64,000 bases of DNA, from NCBI GenBank assembly GCA_023213395.1, contig CM041465.1, positions 227,299,741 through 227,363,740 on the forward strand, written 5' to 3'. The translations under genes were made by a program, and so were the position numbers. The notes below the pieces were generated by a model. The model did not search any database. It saw nothing but the letters and a program-made list of their open reading frames with translations, and was not told where the DNA came from. How positions within the stretch are numbered: position 1 is the stretch's first letter; each line of letters starts with the position of its first letter. Shown here one piece after another: positions 1 to 13,520 of this stretch. The DNA is from Cycas panzhihuaensis. Lineage: Eukaryota; Plantae; Cycadophyta.

Positions 1-1800
1 ATAAAGCACTTTTATCAACTTTGGAGGCTAATATTATAGATTAGCATGCACAATAGATACTAAAAGAGCATCAAAGGAGTACCAAAGTACTTTCTCTTAA
101 TAAAATGACATAATAATCTATATTTGTTACAAGTAATCTCTAACCCTTAAATAGACAAGAGGGGGTCTTTCTTCAACAATCTTATGAGAAACCTTAATGG
201 CCTTATATATCATTAGAGGACCTAGCAACCTATGCACAAAACTTAATAGTTAACATCACACTTAACTCTTGACATTTTCTCCATACTAGTGCCTCTTTCG
301 CTTAAGAAGATGAGGTTATATTACAATAGGAGATCATAGTTCATTATAGATTTTAAAAAGAAATTCAAAAATAAAATCACTAGGTAATTTTATAGATATA
401 ATGACTACACAAATTAAATCAATGCATAGGGTTGGGCATAACTAAGAATACAACATGATTATGATACAAATATTACTCAATAAACTAGTGGATTGATTTC
501 TTCACACAAGCATAACATGTAGGTGAATAGAGCAAATCAAGGGAATAGTTATAGTGGTCAAGTAATAAATGAGGAACACAACCTCATAATAAAGTGATGA
601 TGATGGAGATAGGATGGTAATTATAGATTTCAATAAGAGGGTACCTTGATTAATAAAAAAACTTCATAGGTATGGTGAATCAATTATAGGTCAAATAAAG
701 GTAATGATGGATGGATCAACAGTAATAAGAATGCCACAATGAATAATAAGCAGTGAAAACAAATAGGTAGGGTTTCTTCCACATGATCATGAATGTATTA
801 ATGGAGTCATGAATGAAGCCTCACTAGACAATAAACAAATGAGTAGTTCTTCAAGCCCTAGCCATCAACTAGTAAACTAGTAATTTATAATAATTATGTA
901 ACTCAGGTTAATGTCTTACTAGGACCTTTCTTCACTTGTTCTCTAGGCATTCGCCTTTGTCTCAACTCTAATAGCATGTAAAATAAATAATAATAATGAT
1001 AATAATAGTATACTAGGATCAAAATGGTATCATGAGATACCTTAATTTTTTATTACTTAAAATAATAGTATATAATAATATTTATAATATATCTTTACTT
1101 TATATAGGGACCACCATATATGTGGTCAACATTACATATTGCATAAATGTGCATTATCACCTATATTTTCTCCTAATATTTCTCATACTATAATATTGCA
1201 TTTTAACACTTCTAATAATTTCCTACTAAAAATCATAGAGAGTACTCACTCATCCCTCTAAAGAAGTGGGGATTAACTCAGTCCAAGTTCCTTCATAACC
1301 ATAATAACTAGAGCATAACTCATTCAACCCTATCTTAAACTATAATTCATCATTATTAAAATAGTCTAATGAGATTAATATAGTAGATCATATACATATT
1401 TATAACACTAACTAATTAAGTCCCTTACATAAGATGGTAGTGGTCACCAAGAGATGTAAACCTTTCTAGATGGTATTCTCTAGAATTGCATTTTCTAGGT
1501 TGTAGAACCTCATATGAGCTTGGATAATAAGTAGTCAATGCTTAAATGATGACAAATATAACTTTACTTAGCTTCTTTCTTTAACTCTATAATAAATCTC
1601 TTAAATAAATAAGTCTTTATTTAAATATTTTCCTACAAAATAGAGAGTGTGCTTTTGTCCTATTAACTTAGAATATCTTTTAGTATAGATGTAGATGATT
1701 CATAAAAATCTTATTATTAACTATGGGCATCTCTCTTTTATTATGTTACCAAAAATAAAACCAAAAGTCCAGATCTAAGTCCATTTAAAAATGTTTAGTT
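1..1800 (+). mobile_element. Highly degenerate Ty3/Gypsy-like gag-pol remnant
   Basis: Faint motifs only: protease-like I.xSTHS at about 1235-1255 and RT-like 'CAF...LEYL' at about 1645-1680; many stops. Confidence 0.3.
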
Positions 1801-2294
1801 ACTCCCTTACTTTTTACTAAACTTGCACTTGCATGGAAAAACTCTTTCTAGTATCCAAAACTTAAAAAAAAAAAAAAAAAAGAAAAAAAAAAAGAAGAAG
1901 AAGAAAAAAACCCTTCCTTCTCATACTTCTTAGACTACACCTCCTCCTTAAGGATGATTTGGTTCATTATCATTAATGCCATTAAGGTTGAGTGGAGGAT
2001 CTAAGCTATAGTGGCTATAATAATATTCATAGAGACTATAAAAGTGCTCACAAGAATTACTATTAGAGTACCTATAAACTGCCCACTAAGTTTAACTACC
2101 AAAAATATCTTTGTGTAGGGAACCTTGGAGTGGTCTTAACTCACTCAAGTATCTAGGTACTTTTAATATGATTCTAATAAGGTTGGCTTCATGCAATTCT
2201 ATTAATAATTAAGAAAGTTAAGAGTAAAACCATAAAAGCATGTCATCTACTCCTTTGTCTTTATATTAGTCAGCCTTTTAGGCAAGTGTTTGGG

Positions 2295-2900
2295 CTTAGA
2301 AACCCATTTATGAGGGTGTAAAATGTGTTTATTTAGTCTTCATTTATTTCATAGTTTCTCATTTAGTCATAAATAAATTTTCCACTTAATTATTCATTTG
2401 TGAACATACAAGATGTTCCTTTGTTTTTTGTCATTTATTTCACAATTTCATAAATTAGTACTTCAATATCTCTAGCCTATAATCCATTTACAAAATTATG
2501 AAGGACTTTTATTCCCACCCCTTTATTTTATAATTTTGTAACTTGAAGAGTTAGAGGTCCCACTTAGTTACTCATTTGTAAAATTATGAAAGACTTTCTT
2601 CATTATGTCTTCTTATTTCGTGTCTTCAAAGTTAGATGTTTGAGGGGTGCCACCTATTAGCCCATTTATGAGTTTGTAAAAGGCTTTCTCTTTATATCCA
2701 TTTGCTTCATAATGTCACACCTAAAATGTTCTAAGTATCCCTCTCAATGACTCATTTATGAGATTATGAGAAGTCCTTTTCACATAAATCTAGCTTTGTG
2801 ATATTGCAATTAAATCTCCTTAAGTCTTTACTTGAATGACTTATTTGCAAAGTTTCAAAATGTCTTTCACTCAGACAAATATAACTTAAGGTCCACTTCC
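2295..2900. repeat. Degenerate tandem repeat, ~90-bp unit, ~7 copies
   Basis: Anchor (C/T)CATTT(A/G) recurs at 2305, 2395, 2485, 2573, 2663, 2753 and, more weakly, 2842; it is followed by a shared 'aaattatgaa(g/a)gactttt'-like motif. Confidence 0.75.
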
Positions 2901-3487
2901 CACTTTTATAACTTCTCATCCAAATGTCCATTTTTAGTGCTCCACCACTTAGAAAATTAGAAACCTTCTCTTTCACTTAGTGGAGTCACCCCTAGTAGGA
3001 TTTATATTGATCAACTAAATTTTGTATCCTAAAGAAGCCAAATAAGTCCTTTCATCTAACATCCACCCTTACATCTAATTTTCTCCTCTATTCTTCCCTT
3101 ATTTATATCATGTACTCCCATGTGTATATATTTCCCCTCTAAGCAATTTAGTTGATGCTTTTGTATTATGTAAGCAACAAACAATATAAAAATTACATTT
3201 ATAAAGGTATTAGAAAAAAAAGTCTAGTACCTTATATTTTGATATAATACAAATCCAATATAAATATAGTAACTATGTTAATGATCTAAAATGATGCATA
3301 CTCACACCTGGTGGAGCATGGAATAATCCTCCACCTTATATAAGATGAATAAAGCTATGAAATAAAGAGAATTTACATTCAAACAAAGTTATAAAATGAA
3401 TAAAATTTTATATACATAGATAGTTGAGAAGTGACCTATCTAAGAAGGGTAAAATATCAAGTTAAATCAAGGTCATGTAGTTACAAT

Positions 3488-3563
3488 ATCTATCTATCTA
3501 TACACACACACATACACATACATATATGTGTCTAGATATATTCATATATGTATACATACATAT

Positions 3564-3594
<31 letters not shown>

Positions 3595-3603
3595 TACATA
3601 TAG

Positions 3604-3697
<94 letters not shown>

Positions 3698-3720
3698 GTG
3701 TATGTGTGTGTGTGTGTGCA
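3488..3720. repeat. Compound microsatellite (CA)n/(TA)n/(TG)n
   Basis: Directly visible dinucleotide runs. Confidence 0.97.
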
Positions 3721-4097
3721 TGTAGTACTAGCATATGCCTTATATTCAAATTAGCATTTAGCTTTAGATCTAGTTATATATATAGAATAACTAATTATAA
3801 CCAATCCATAAGCTATTATTATTATATGTGCTAACAAATTTATATAATAATTTAAAATTATTTCAAATATTGTAGTTAAGATTAAAGATTAAAAAAGAAG
3901 GACTTTTATATAAGTGATTACAATCAGTGACAATGATCATAAATGGTGATCATGATCAAGTGAATCAGGATCAAATTGATCATAATTAATAGTATGGTGA
4001 TCATGATTAATAATATGGAAATTATATTCCACTTGTTTTTGTGATATAATTCTTTTTATTATAAACAAATAATTAATTAACAAGTTAGTTAATAGCT

Positions 4098-4522
4098 TGT
4101 TGGAAAATTATTAGAAGAAAATACTTATAAAGGGATATTTATATACATGTAGTAGTGTAGAGTTATTCATATATTTATTGATTCTTTTCTCTTGTATTCT
4201 ATTGTGGATCTCATGAGGTTATGGGTCTAAAGTCTCTTGGTCTACTATACTTTAGGCTTTTATTCAATCCTCTCAAGACTAGTATAGTCTCCTTTCTTAT
4301 AATAGAAGAGGATTTCCTCAATTTGTATCTAATATTTATGATCTAAGTATATTTACTTATTGGAATCATTTTATGTGATCTTGATTTATAGTTATATTGC
4401 AAGTAGAGAGTAGGTAACACCATCTTGGTTGGGTAAACACATCAACACATTGAAGAAATATGAAAAGAGAGTACCAAGGGGTTGATATTTATAAATTCCT
4501 TTCACAACATTTGGTAGCTTGA
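4098..4522 (+). mobile_element. Orphan LTR (4098-4509) with degenerate tRNA-iMet primer-binding site (PBS)
   Basis: Termini TGTTG...CAACA are inverted repeats; followed by TTTGGTAGCTTGAG, resembling TGGTATCAGAGC. No partner LTR seen. Confidence 0.55.
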
Positions 4523-5699
4523 GATTTTGAATAGGAGATCAAAGATCTATAAACTAGAATGCAATGTTGTAGTTTATTTAGAATTATCTAATATTATTAT
4601 TATGATTATAACCCATGTTTATAGAGTACAAAATGACATGAGTACTACTATCCTATTAGGTATTATCGGTCATAGTTATAAAGGCCATCTAATAAATATA
4701 TTAAGGGCCCAATATATATTTTTTCCATAAGTAATAAGGTGGTGGGGTAGTATCAGTCCTTGTACAAATGGGATATACTCAACTTCTTGTAAGCTTTCTA
4801 TGGCATTATTATGTACATGTATATATATTTTAAAGACACTTACATGTATGCATACTCTTTTATTTATGCTTGTTATCTCTCATGAATCATGATCGTATTA
4901 ATGTTATTATCATTATTCCCTTTTACATGCAACTTCATTTAGTTGGCATATATATTTTAAGGATACTTATATGTTTTTTCATATATTTTATTTATTTTTT
5001 TATTTAAATTATATATATAGAAAAATGTATACAAATATACATAATTGCATATTATAACTAAAATACATACATTTGAATGTAAAAATCTATTAGTTTATCT
5101 ACAAAACACAATTATGCCTAATTGTAAATCAACCATTAAATATGACCTAATCAAATCTCAAAACCAATCATCAACAACTCCCCATGTGCCAAGTTAATCT
5201 TAGAAATGTTATGGGCATACCTATAATAATAATAAGACCTATTCCAAGCCCTTAAAATAGTTGATATATTATAATGATTACTTATATTTAACCCACTCAA
5301 TAAATCATCATAACATAATGCCACATCATTTAAAATTAATACTTAACTAAGAAGAAAATAAATCTAATAGTACTTTTTTTTTTAATTAGTAAAAAGAAAA
5401 ATATAATATTATAATTTAAGAACTTATAATAAAAGTACATAGGACATCTAACCCATAACTAAGGAAGGTTTAACATAAATGTTAAAGGAACCACATGATA
5501 ACAACTAAATTACAAAATATATTAGTTCCTAGAATATAACCTACTCATTCTTTACATCCATTAACTAGCATAACCAAGCTAATACCAGTAATAAAAAATA
5601 AATAAGAAAGTATGAGCCTAACTAGTAAACTACTTATGAGAATTATATAGAGACCTATCCACTTGATCACACTACTCCAAAATTGATTTGTAGGTAATA

Positions 5700-8600
5700 C
5701 AAACTAACCAATGCATTAGATTATACTAAAGTAAACTTATATCCCTTAATTTAATAGATAGCTAAAAAAAATAGCTAGATATGATTCCTATCTATAAATT
5801 ATCTATTTCAAGGGTTTAGAGGATAATCCTTTTGATTTCTAGATTGTTTATCTTCTCCACATATGTGTCTATCTTTATCTCACCCCACTAGCCATTTTCA
5901 CCTAAATTAGTTAGGAGATTAACAACCCTATTTGCTTCCCTTTTGATATGCTTAAAAGAAACCTCTTTAAAATGATTAAAAAGATGCATTATTATTTTTA
6001 AGATATAAGCAATCTTCTAGTTACTAGCCTATACTTTATTCTCATTTGATTGGAGTAATTAAATGATAAGCTTCGAGTCCTCCTCTAGACAAACTGTCTC
6101 TCTACCCAATCACTTGGCAATTTTAAGAATAGAAAGGGCTTCTATTAATTCAACCATGTTGTTGTTGGTTTCCTCAATATTTTAAGCAAAATGGTACTTA
6201 ACACTACCTTTATGAACTTTGATAACCCCATTGGTACTAACTCTACTTGGATTCCTCTTTGAGGCCCCATTAAAATTGGCTTTAAATGCACCCACTTAAG
6301 GAGGCACCTAAAGGCTTCTACTATGGTCAAGCCCTTTATCTAGTCAATTACTAAATCTCAAGTTTCCCTTAGCAAACCCTATAGGATTAAGTTTAACGTC
6401 ATCTTGATAAGAATGAGCTAGGTATTCATCCACTCATACCTTAAATGCTAGGGCCTCTAATTTATTATTTATAGTTCTCTGGATTAATAGGGCTATAGGC
6501 CTAGCTTTGACTCTAAAAATTATTTCATTATCCTCCTTCTAGACATTCCATAACATAAAATCTAGAATTAAATCCCAAGCTTTTTGAAGAATCTTAGAAT
6601 CTATTTTGAGGCTTCTTCATCCTTCTAATAAACTTTTGATCTTGGACTCTTGGAATCATGGCTCTAAAAGTAGAATGGTCACGATATTACGAAATAACTT
6701 TCCATTTAAAAAAAGTATGGATGATACCCTCTTCATCTTTAACATAAATGACACATATAGAGGGTCCTATGAAGCTTCTCTTTCTAAGGTTATCCTAGGT
6801 AAGGGTGCCATTATGAGCTAGGTCCCATAAAAATATGAAGACTTTAGGCTAGATTCTAGGTTGCCAAATTCTCTTTCATAACTTCCCATAATGTAACATC
6901 CCCTCCTCCTCAACATAGAGGTTATAAGCTTATTTAACAGAGAAGGAACCTGTCCCCATATTAAAACATCCATGCCAGTTATTATAAGGGAAAATCCTTT
7001 TACTCATAACACTCTAAAGTTTATTTTCATCCTTCATTGTAATATTCTCTAGCTGGGAATCTAGAGGCTTCTATATCCTAGTGATAAGGGATATATCAAG
7101 AAGCATCTACTAGAAAGTTTGAAATCTTAAACCACCCATTCTTAGAGAAGGCTCTTTTTGTGCATCATCTAGATCCTTATTGAAGATTAAAGGCTCATGT
7201 TCTTCCCAAGAATCAACCTAAAATAAGGAAAATTCCCTATTTTTAATTTCCTAAAAGTTATTGGATTGGATCAAGTCAAGGCCTTAGATAACCCCATTCC
7301 AAATGGCAAAACCCTTAATGTGGTCACTTCCACTTAAGGAATACCAAGATACTTGTCTAGAAGAGAGGCAATGTGATACTTCAAACTTCTACTAATGTTT
7401 CTCTAAATTTATGTGTAAGTATTGAAAAAGAAAATTTTAGATTTATCATCATTTATGTTGCCCCCAAATTCCAATAGGAAGGTATCAATGACTCTCTTCA
7501 AAGTCCTTAATTCTACAATTAAAGCTTATCCCATAAGAATCATATCATTAACAAACTATAGATGAGATAACAACTTAACATCACAACCAATCTACAATAA
7601 GGGAGGAATTAAGGTTGTTGTTAAACAAGTTATAGACTATCACACACATAAAAGTTTTCCAAAATAAATACTCTTAATGAAAAAAATCACTCCACAAAAA
7701 GAGGGTTCAATACCTATATGTATGATATGGTGCTGAATAGAGTAAAACAAAGGGTGCATCCCATTGATCTATTTATTAAGTTTTTATTTTATGATAAGCC
7801 TTCCAAAAGCCTTCACCATAATAATAAATAAGTATGAGGATAAAGGGTCATCCTATCTTATTCCTATAGTACATATGAATTGTTGAGATAATAAACCATT
7901 AACCGACACTAAACAGGAGGTAAAAGAAATACAATAATATACCCACTCAATCCATTTCTTATAAAAGCCAAAAATAATCATGACTTCATTAATAAAGACC
8001 TAGTTCAACCAATTATATATTTTTAACATATCTAATTTTATTAGCATACCACTATTTCTACTTTATCTCAAGGAGTAAATTGCCTCTATGGTAATAATAA
8101 TACCATATAGGATTTTCCTATTTACTACAAATCCTACTTATTCCTGAGAGATTAAACTTGAAAGGATCTCTTTTAGCCTATTGGCCATAACCTTCAAAAT
8201 GATTTTGTAAGATATATTACATAGGGTAATTAGTCTAAATTTATTTGCCATTAAGGGATCTCACTCCTTTGGAATAAAGGTTAAGAATATGGTATTAATA
8301 GCCTATAACATTTTACATGAACACATTGATTCCTCCACTACTTTAATAACATCATCCCCCATAACATGCCAAAAGGCCTCATAAAAATCAATAGAGAACC
8401 CATCCCTAGTTAGAGTATTACTTGGTTTCATGATAAAAACAACATTCTTGACTTCTTATTTTGTTATTTATTTGAGTAAAAGTCTATTATTCTCCTTCAA
8501 GGCTATCCTTAGAATGACTTACTATAATTTAACATTGGCCTTCTATTAAGGAAAAGGGGTATTAATTCCCATTTCCTTAAAAACTATCCTTAACTTATTA

Positions 8601-11350
8601 TCCATCTCAAGTATAAAATTAATCATATTTCCATTACATTTTCTTAAGTAGAGGATTTTATTAAAAAATTAATGCTCTTGTGTCATTTAGTAAAATAATT
8701 TTGAGTTTCTTTCCTCTTCCTAGAGCCAATAGATGCTAGACTTATGTTTCTAGAAGAGCTCTTCTATTTTTTTTTATGATTATTAATTTCTTTATGAAGA
8801 TACTCCTCCTAAAGTGAAATCACATTAGATACCCCTTCTCACTTGATCTTGTCTTAAATTTATATCATCTTCTCATCAAGATTCCTTTTTCATTTAAAGA
8901 TATCCCCAAATACTTATCTATTCCATTTCTTAATTATATTTTTAAGGAATCTAAGCTTTTGCTTTAGGTAAAATGTGTAAAAACCTTTCACTAGGTCACC
9001 TTCCTACCACCACTATTTAATGTTCTCCTTGAATTCTGGGTGTATGTGCCATATTTTCTCAAATTTAAAGGGGGAATTCCTTAATATAACATCTTTAATA
9101 ATACTAAGGCAAATGGGCTAGTGTTTGGAGTCATTCCCCTTTATAATATTGGATTTTAGGATATTGTTTTCATTAATAAAACTCTCATTGACTAAGAATC
9201 TATTTATTCTTTCCACAATTTGAGCTTTATTCCCCCCCATTATTATTCTAGGTAAAATTGCCCTTTTTAGGAAGGATACCTATAAGCCTGAGGGATATAA
9301 ACCACTCTTAAAGGGCCATACTTGCTTGATCTAAGACCTTGATTCCTCCTTTTTCTCTCCTAAGTTGAGGATGGAGTTAAAGTTACCATCTAAGATTTAG
9401 TGACCTTAGGTTTTTCTTGATTAGTTTAAGTAAGTTCCATCATGGGAGCTTTAGATCAATATGGGTGGTAAGATAAAGGTTGGTGACATTAATAGTCAAG
9501 TTGGTCACTAAAAAGTAATTGACCATTGATTTACTATCTATCCCCATTAGAGTACATCAAATAGACCTTCTTAGGGTCCTAAAGGATAGTAAGACCTCCT
9601 TAGGCCATGTTAGATCTAACAACTATAACATTGTAACCTTTCTAAACTTTCTAAATAATAAGGAACATCTTATCTAAATATATTTTTGTTTTCCAAATCA
9701 AATAAATGTCTAGCTTCTCATTGATATTTTTTATTTGATAGTTATCTACTTTGACATAGTATTTAAGATAAAAATATCTTATGAAATATCTTCATGATTG
9801 GGAACTCTCTTTATGTTGGAAGTAAACTTTCTCAAGAGATTGTGTTTAGATAGACTAACTAAGAATTACCCCTTTATAAGAAGATTCTCCATATTGGATT
9901 CCTTTCACTTTTTCCCTTTAGAGGTTTCCTCCTTTTAGCTTTAAAGGTTAATATCTTGAATACCAAGTTGTTTTAATCTTTAGCTTTTAAATTCCTTATT
10001 TTATTCTACCAATCCAGAATCTAGTCTTAGAGCATTCCCTAAACATAAACATTCCTCCAAAGGTAATATTTAGTTGCTTGTAGGATAAGACTATTTGTCC
10101 ATGCTTAGGGCTTTAAATTCATCATTAGAGAATCTCTCAAGTCTCTTATTTAGGTCTAGAGAGGGATTGTCCTGATTCAAGTCAATTGAGAGGATAAAAG
10201 AACCGTTCTTTTGAATATCTTCACCCTACATAACATCACCTAGGGGACTCTTGGTACTAGGAGTTTGGGCTATTTCCACAGGCTCAAAAATGTCACAAAT
10301 GATTAAGGGCTCTTGACCCTAAAAAATAGATCCACCTTGCATATATAAAACACATTTAATATTATAAATTATAACTACCATACCAACCAAGGTAAGAGAG
10401 GGGAAGTTATCTTCCTCAAATTATTTAAAAGGAAAAGCTTGTTCTAACCTTTGATCATAAATCACATCATCTAGATTATCAAGTGGCGTTGTGTTATCCT
10501 TCATCCTAACTATTTTAATCTCTAAATTTTAATCTTGATTGACCAAAATATTTGGATGCATCATAGATATGATTTGAATCCCTTCTATGAAGCAACCTCT
10601 ATAACTTCCTCATTTTCTTCTCTAAGAGCTTTAAATATATTAAGACTAGAAGATTGTAGGATAGTTTTATTAATTCATTTTTTATTTCACTAGGACATAT
10701 TTCCTTTAACTACTTAGAATCCATCTTGATTTGTTACAATATCCTTCTTAACAATCTTCTTAACTATGTAGTCTCTCTAGAGATGGTCAAGCTCATAGCA
10801 TTTCCTACATTTTAATGAGATTTTCTTATAGTCAACATGTTGAATCTATTTTCCTCCTTCAAATTCAAGAATGATGACTTCTAAAGGTGGAATTGGTGAA
10901 GCTATTTGGATACAAATTCTAGAAATTTTGAAGCCTTGATAAAGATACCTAAGAAATCTTTAATCTCTTTCAAAATCTCTTCATTCAAAAATTCCAAAGT
11001 TAGGTAACATAATTTTACCTATACTAAAGTTGTTAAAAAATATTTTTTACTGGGGTTAAAACTAACAAAATCTCATGTATAATCTTAAAGAGTTTAGAAA
11101 ATATGGAACCCCTAAAAAACTCTATCTCTATCCTCCTCAATAGTGAAAATAGTGATGAGGAAGACTTTCACTCTACACTTAATGTTAATTTCCTATTTAA
11201 AGCTAAGTCTATTACCCCATGTAGCCTTAAACCATTTCCTTAGGGTGACCTGTAAATGATACACTCTTAAGAATTTATAGATCAAGGCACAACTACTTAA
11301 TTAATTAATATCTTATTTATAAACTTGAGAGGTTTTATTTTTTGATATGG
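5700..11350 (-). mobile_element. Degenerate L1-clade LINE: ORF1 (DUF4283-like), APE endonuclease, RT, C-terminal RNase H
   Basis: Minus-strand motifs: GNFN and RINRFLV (endonuclease, ~9190-9400); PFKFEKIW (~9060); RLITLCNISYKII (~8200); KLDM..YNW (~8030); GIR*DDPLSSYLF (~7850); SHL*FVND (~7550); KANFNGASKRNP, LEEDSKLI and KHIKREANRV (RNase H, 5900-6300). Confidence 0.9.
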
Positions 11351-11499
11351 TAAAAATAAAAGGGGTTTAAATAGGGCCCCAACCCTTATACATAAGCTAC
11401 CTTTCAGCTTTCAGAACTGCCATGACAAGCCCATGGCCTAGCTATCCACAACCCTCCAAAGCCCTATCTAAACTAACCCTACCATGACAAGCCTAATGG

Positions 11500-11890
11500 C
11501 TAGCTCTAATCCTAAACATGGGGCATATCTTTCTTAACCAAACTCAATATCTCTTTTGGGAGTTACCCCTAAATTAGCTAGTTTATCTACTACACCATTC
11601 CCTTCTCTATAAATGTGATTCACCTAAGCACTCTCCCTATACTTTAAAGCATCTTAGGTATATCTAATCAAATTTACAACTTTCTAATTAAGTTCTGCCT
11701 CACCTTGAGCATATTTATCACATTTAACAAATCCCCTTCTATAATCACCATGTCACAGCCTTCCTCTAAGGCTATTTCCACCACCCTCTACATAGTTGCT
11801 AGCTCTGCCTTATGATTTATTTGCTACCTGTAATACTCCTCAAAATCCCACCTGACTTCCCCTTTTGGGTTTCCTAGGAGGTTATTTATA
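11500..11890 (-). mobile_element. Second LINE-type RNase H fragment
   Basis: Minus strand reads N.KAEL...MVIIEGD...VNHIYREGNGVVDKLAN. Confidence 0.7.
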
Positions 11891-12411
11891 GATTAAGATT
11901 AGTTGAATCTTTTTCCCAACATCTATTTAGAAAAAAAAAATGATTGAGATGGGTTTTTATAGTTTGAAATGGAAATTGATTGAAATTTAGTGTTTTGTTT
12001 ATATGATAGTTTATGTTTCAGTCTATTGTTATCAAAATCTCTTTGGAAGATAAATAAGTAGGGGGGGTTCAACACTCCCCTCACCCCCGTGCCCCTACCA
12101 AAACCATTATATACCAAAGATAGGATTCATGAGGTGGAATCAAATAAGTTATTGCTCCCTAATTCCAAAGATAAAATTTATAGATACACTATTGGACTAG
12201 AATAATAATATAAGATGCACTCAAAGAAGTTGTGATCTTTATCCCAAAGAAACAAAAATAATATAAGCTACTAAAAATATAAAATCTAAACTGGAAATTA
12301 TTAACTTTTAGAAAAATAGAAAAACAACAAGGATAGAGGCTACTTAAGATAAAAATCAAAATTTAACATGAGAATAGTATTAGAAAAAAATTATAACTTT
12401 TGATACCAATA

Positions 12412-12774
12412 TGTTAGGACATAAATATAGAAGTTATGAGCCATAAAAATAGACTCAATAAGGGTAAGTAATAGATAAGAGAGATGAGTGTAAGATATAT
12501 AAATGAGCAATAATATAATAAATATATACAAGTGTAATGCACACAAGATATGTAGAAGAATGATTAAACTTCATTTTATTAAAAGAATCGTGTATATATT
12601 TATAGAATACCTCACCTTATGTGGATAACCCTCTAGGTTAACTTATGTGTGTTGGCACACTTTTTAAGTGATACATATATTTAGGTGACATAAATATAAA
12701 ATTTACTAAATAATAAGAGAGGATAAAATGGGTTAGGAATAATAACACATATAATTAGATATTAATATCTAACA
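12412..12774 (-). mobile_element. LTR flanked by a polypurine tract (PPT) on one side and an iMet PBS on the other
   Basis: TGTTAG...CTAACA termini; TGATACCA (PBS reverse complement) at 12401-12408; TTCCCCCC (PPT reverse complement) from 12775. Confidence 0.7.
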
Positions 12775-13214
12775 TTCCCCCCTATAATATATAATTACAT
12801 GGTTATAAATATCACATCAAATAAAAAATTTAGTCTTTAAATAGTGTTGGACCATAAGCTAGTTCAAATATGATCAAATGTTATTAGTATCCATACGAAT
12901 GATGTTCCATATATCAAACTATATGGGTAACCAACTACTGTGACTTCTAATTTACTTAGTAACTCCTTTGAGTACATGGTTCTATTAGTTGCATATCAAC
13001 ATCACTCTAGGAACATACTATCCTACATTGCCAAACAAGTACGATAGAAACAAAGTATAAGAGTAACTATAGAAAAGATATCCTACCTCTTACTAAATAG
13101 GACTATAAGTAGATTCTTTGGAAACTATGGAAAAAAAATATAATATCATTGAAAACTATAAGTAGAATTATGTGTGGCTAAATATGACACCTACAATTGT
13201 TAGACAAGTAATAA

Positions 13215-13520
13215 GTATAACTGGGATAGTAGAAGGTGTGACTGACAGTAGTAGCAGGTGTAACTTAGATAGTAGTAGGTATAACTAGGTAGCAATAGGT
13301 GTCACTAGTATTAGTAGCAGCTGCAACCTAGTAGAAATAGGTATAACCAGGTAGTGACAAGTGTGATTAACAATGGCAAAAGTTATGACCTAGATAGTAG
13401 TAAGTACAACCAGGTAGCAACATGTATAACTAGATAGCAGTAGGTGTAACCAAGCAGTAGTAGGTGCGACCAAGGCAACAACAGGTACAACCAAGGTAGT
13501 AGCTAATATAACCAGGGTAG
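13215..13520. repeat. Minisatellite, ~20-22-bp unit (consensus about AGGTGTAACCAGGTAGCAGT), ~15 copies
   Basis: Recurring aggt(g/a)taac(c/t) core at roughly 21-bp spacing. Confidence 0.8.

Noticed and set aside
13215-13520. CRISPR-like or coding repeat
   Set aside because: No unique spacers; unit length varies from 20 to 22 bp, which breaks any reading frame.
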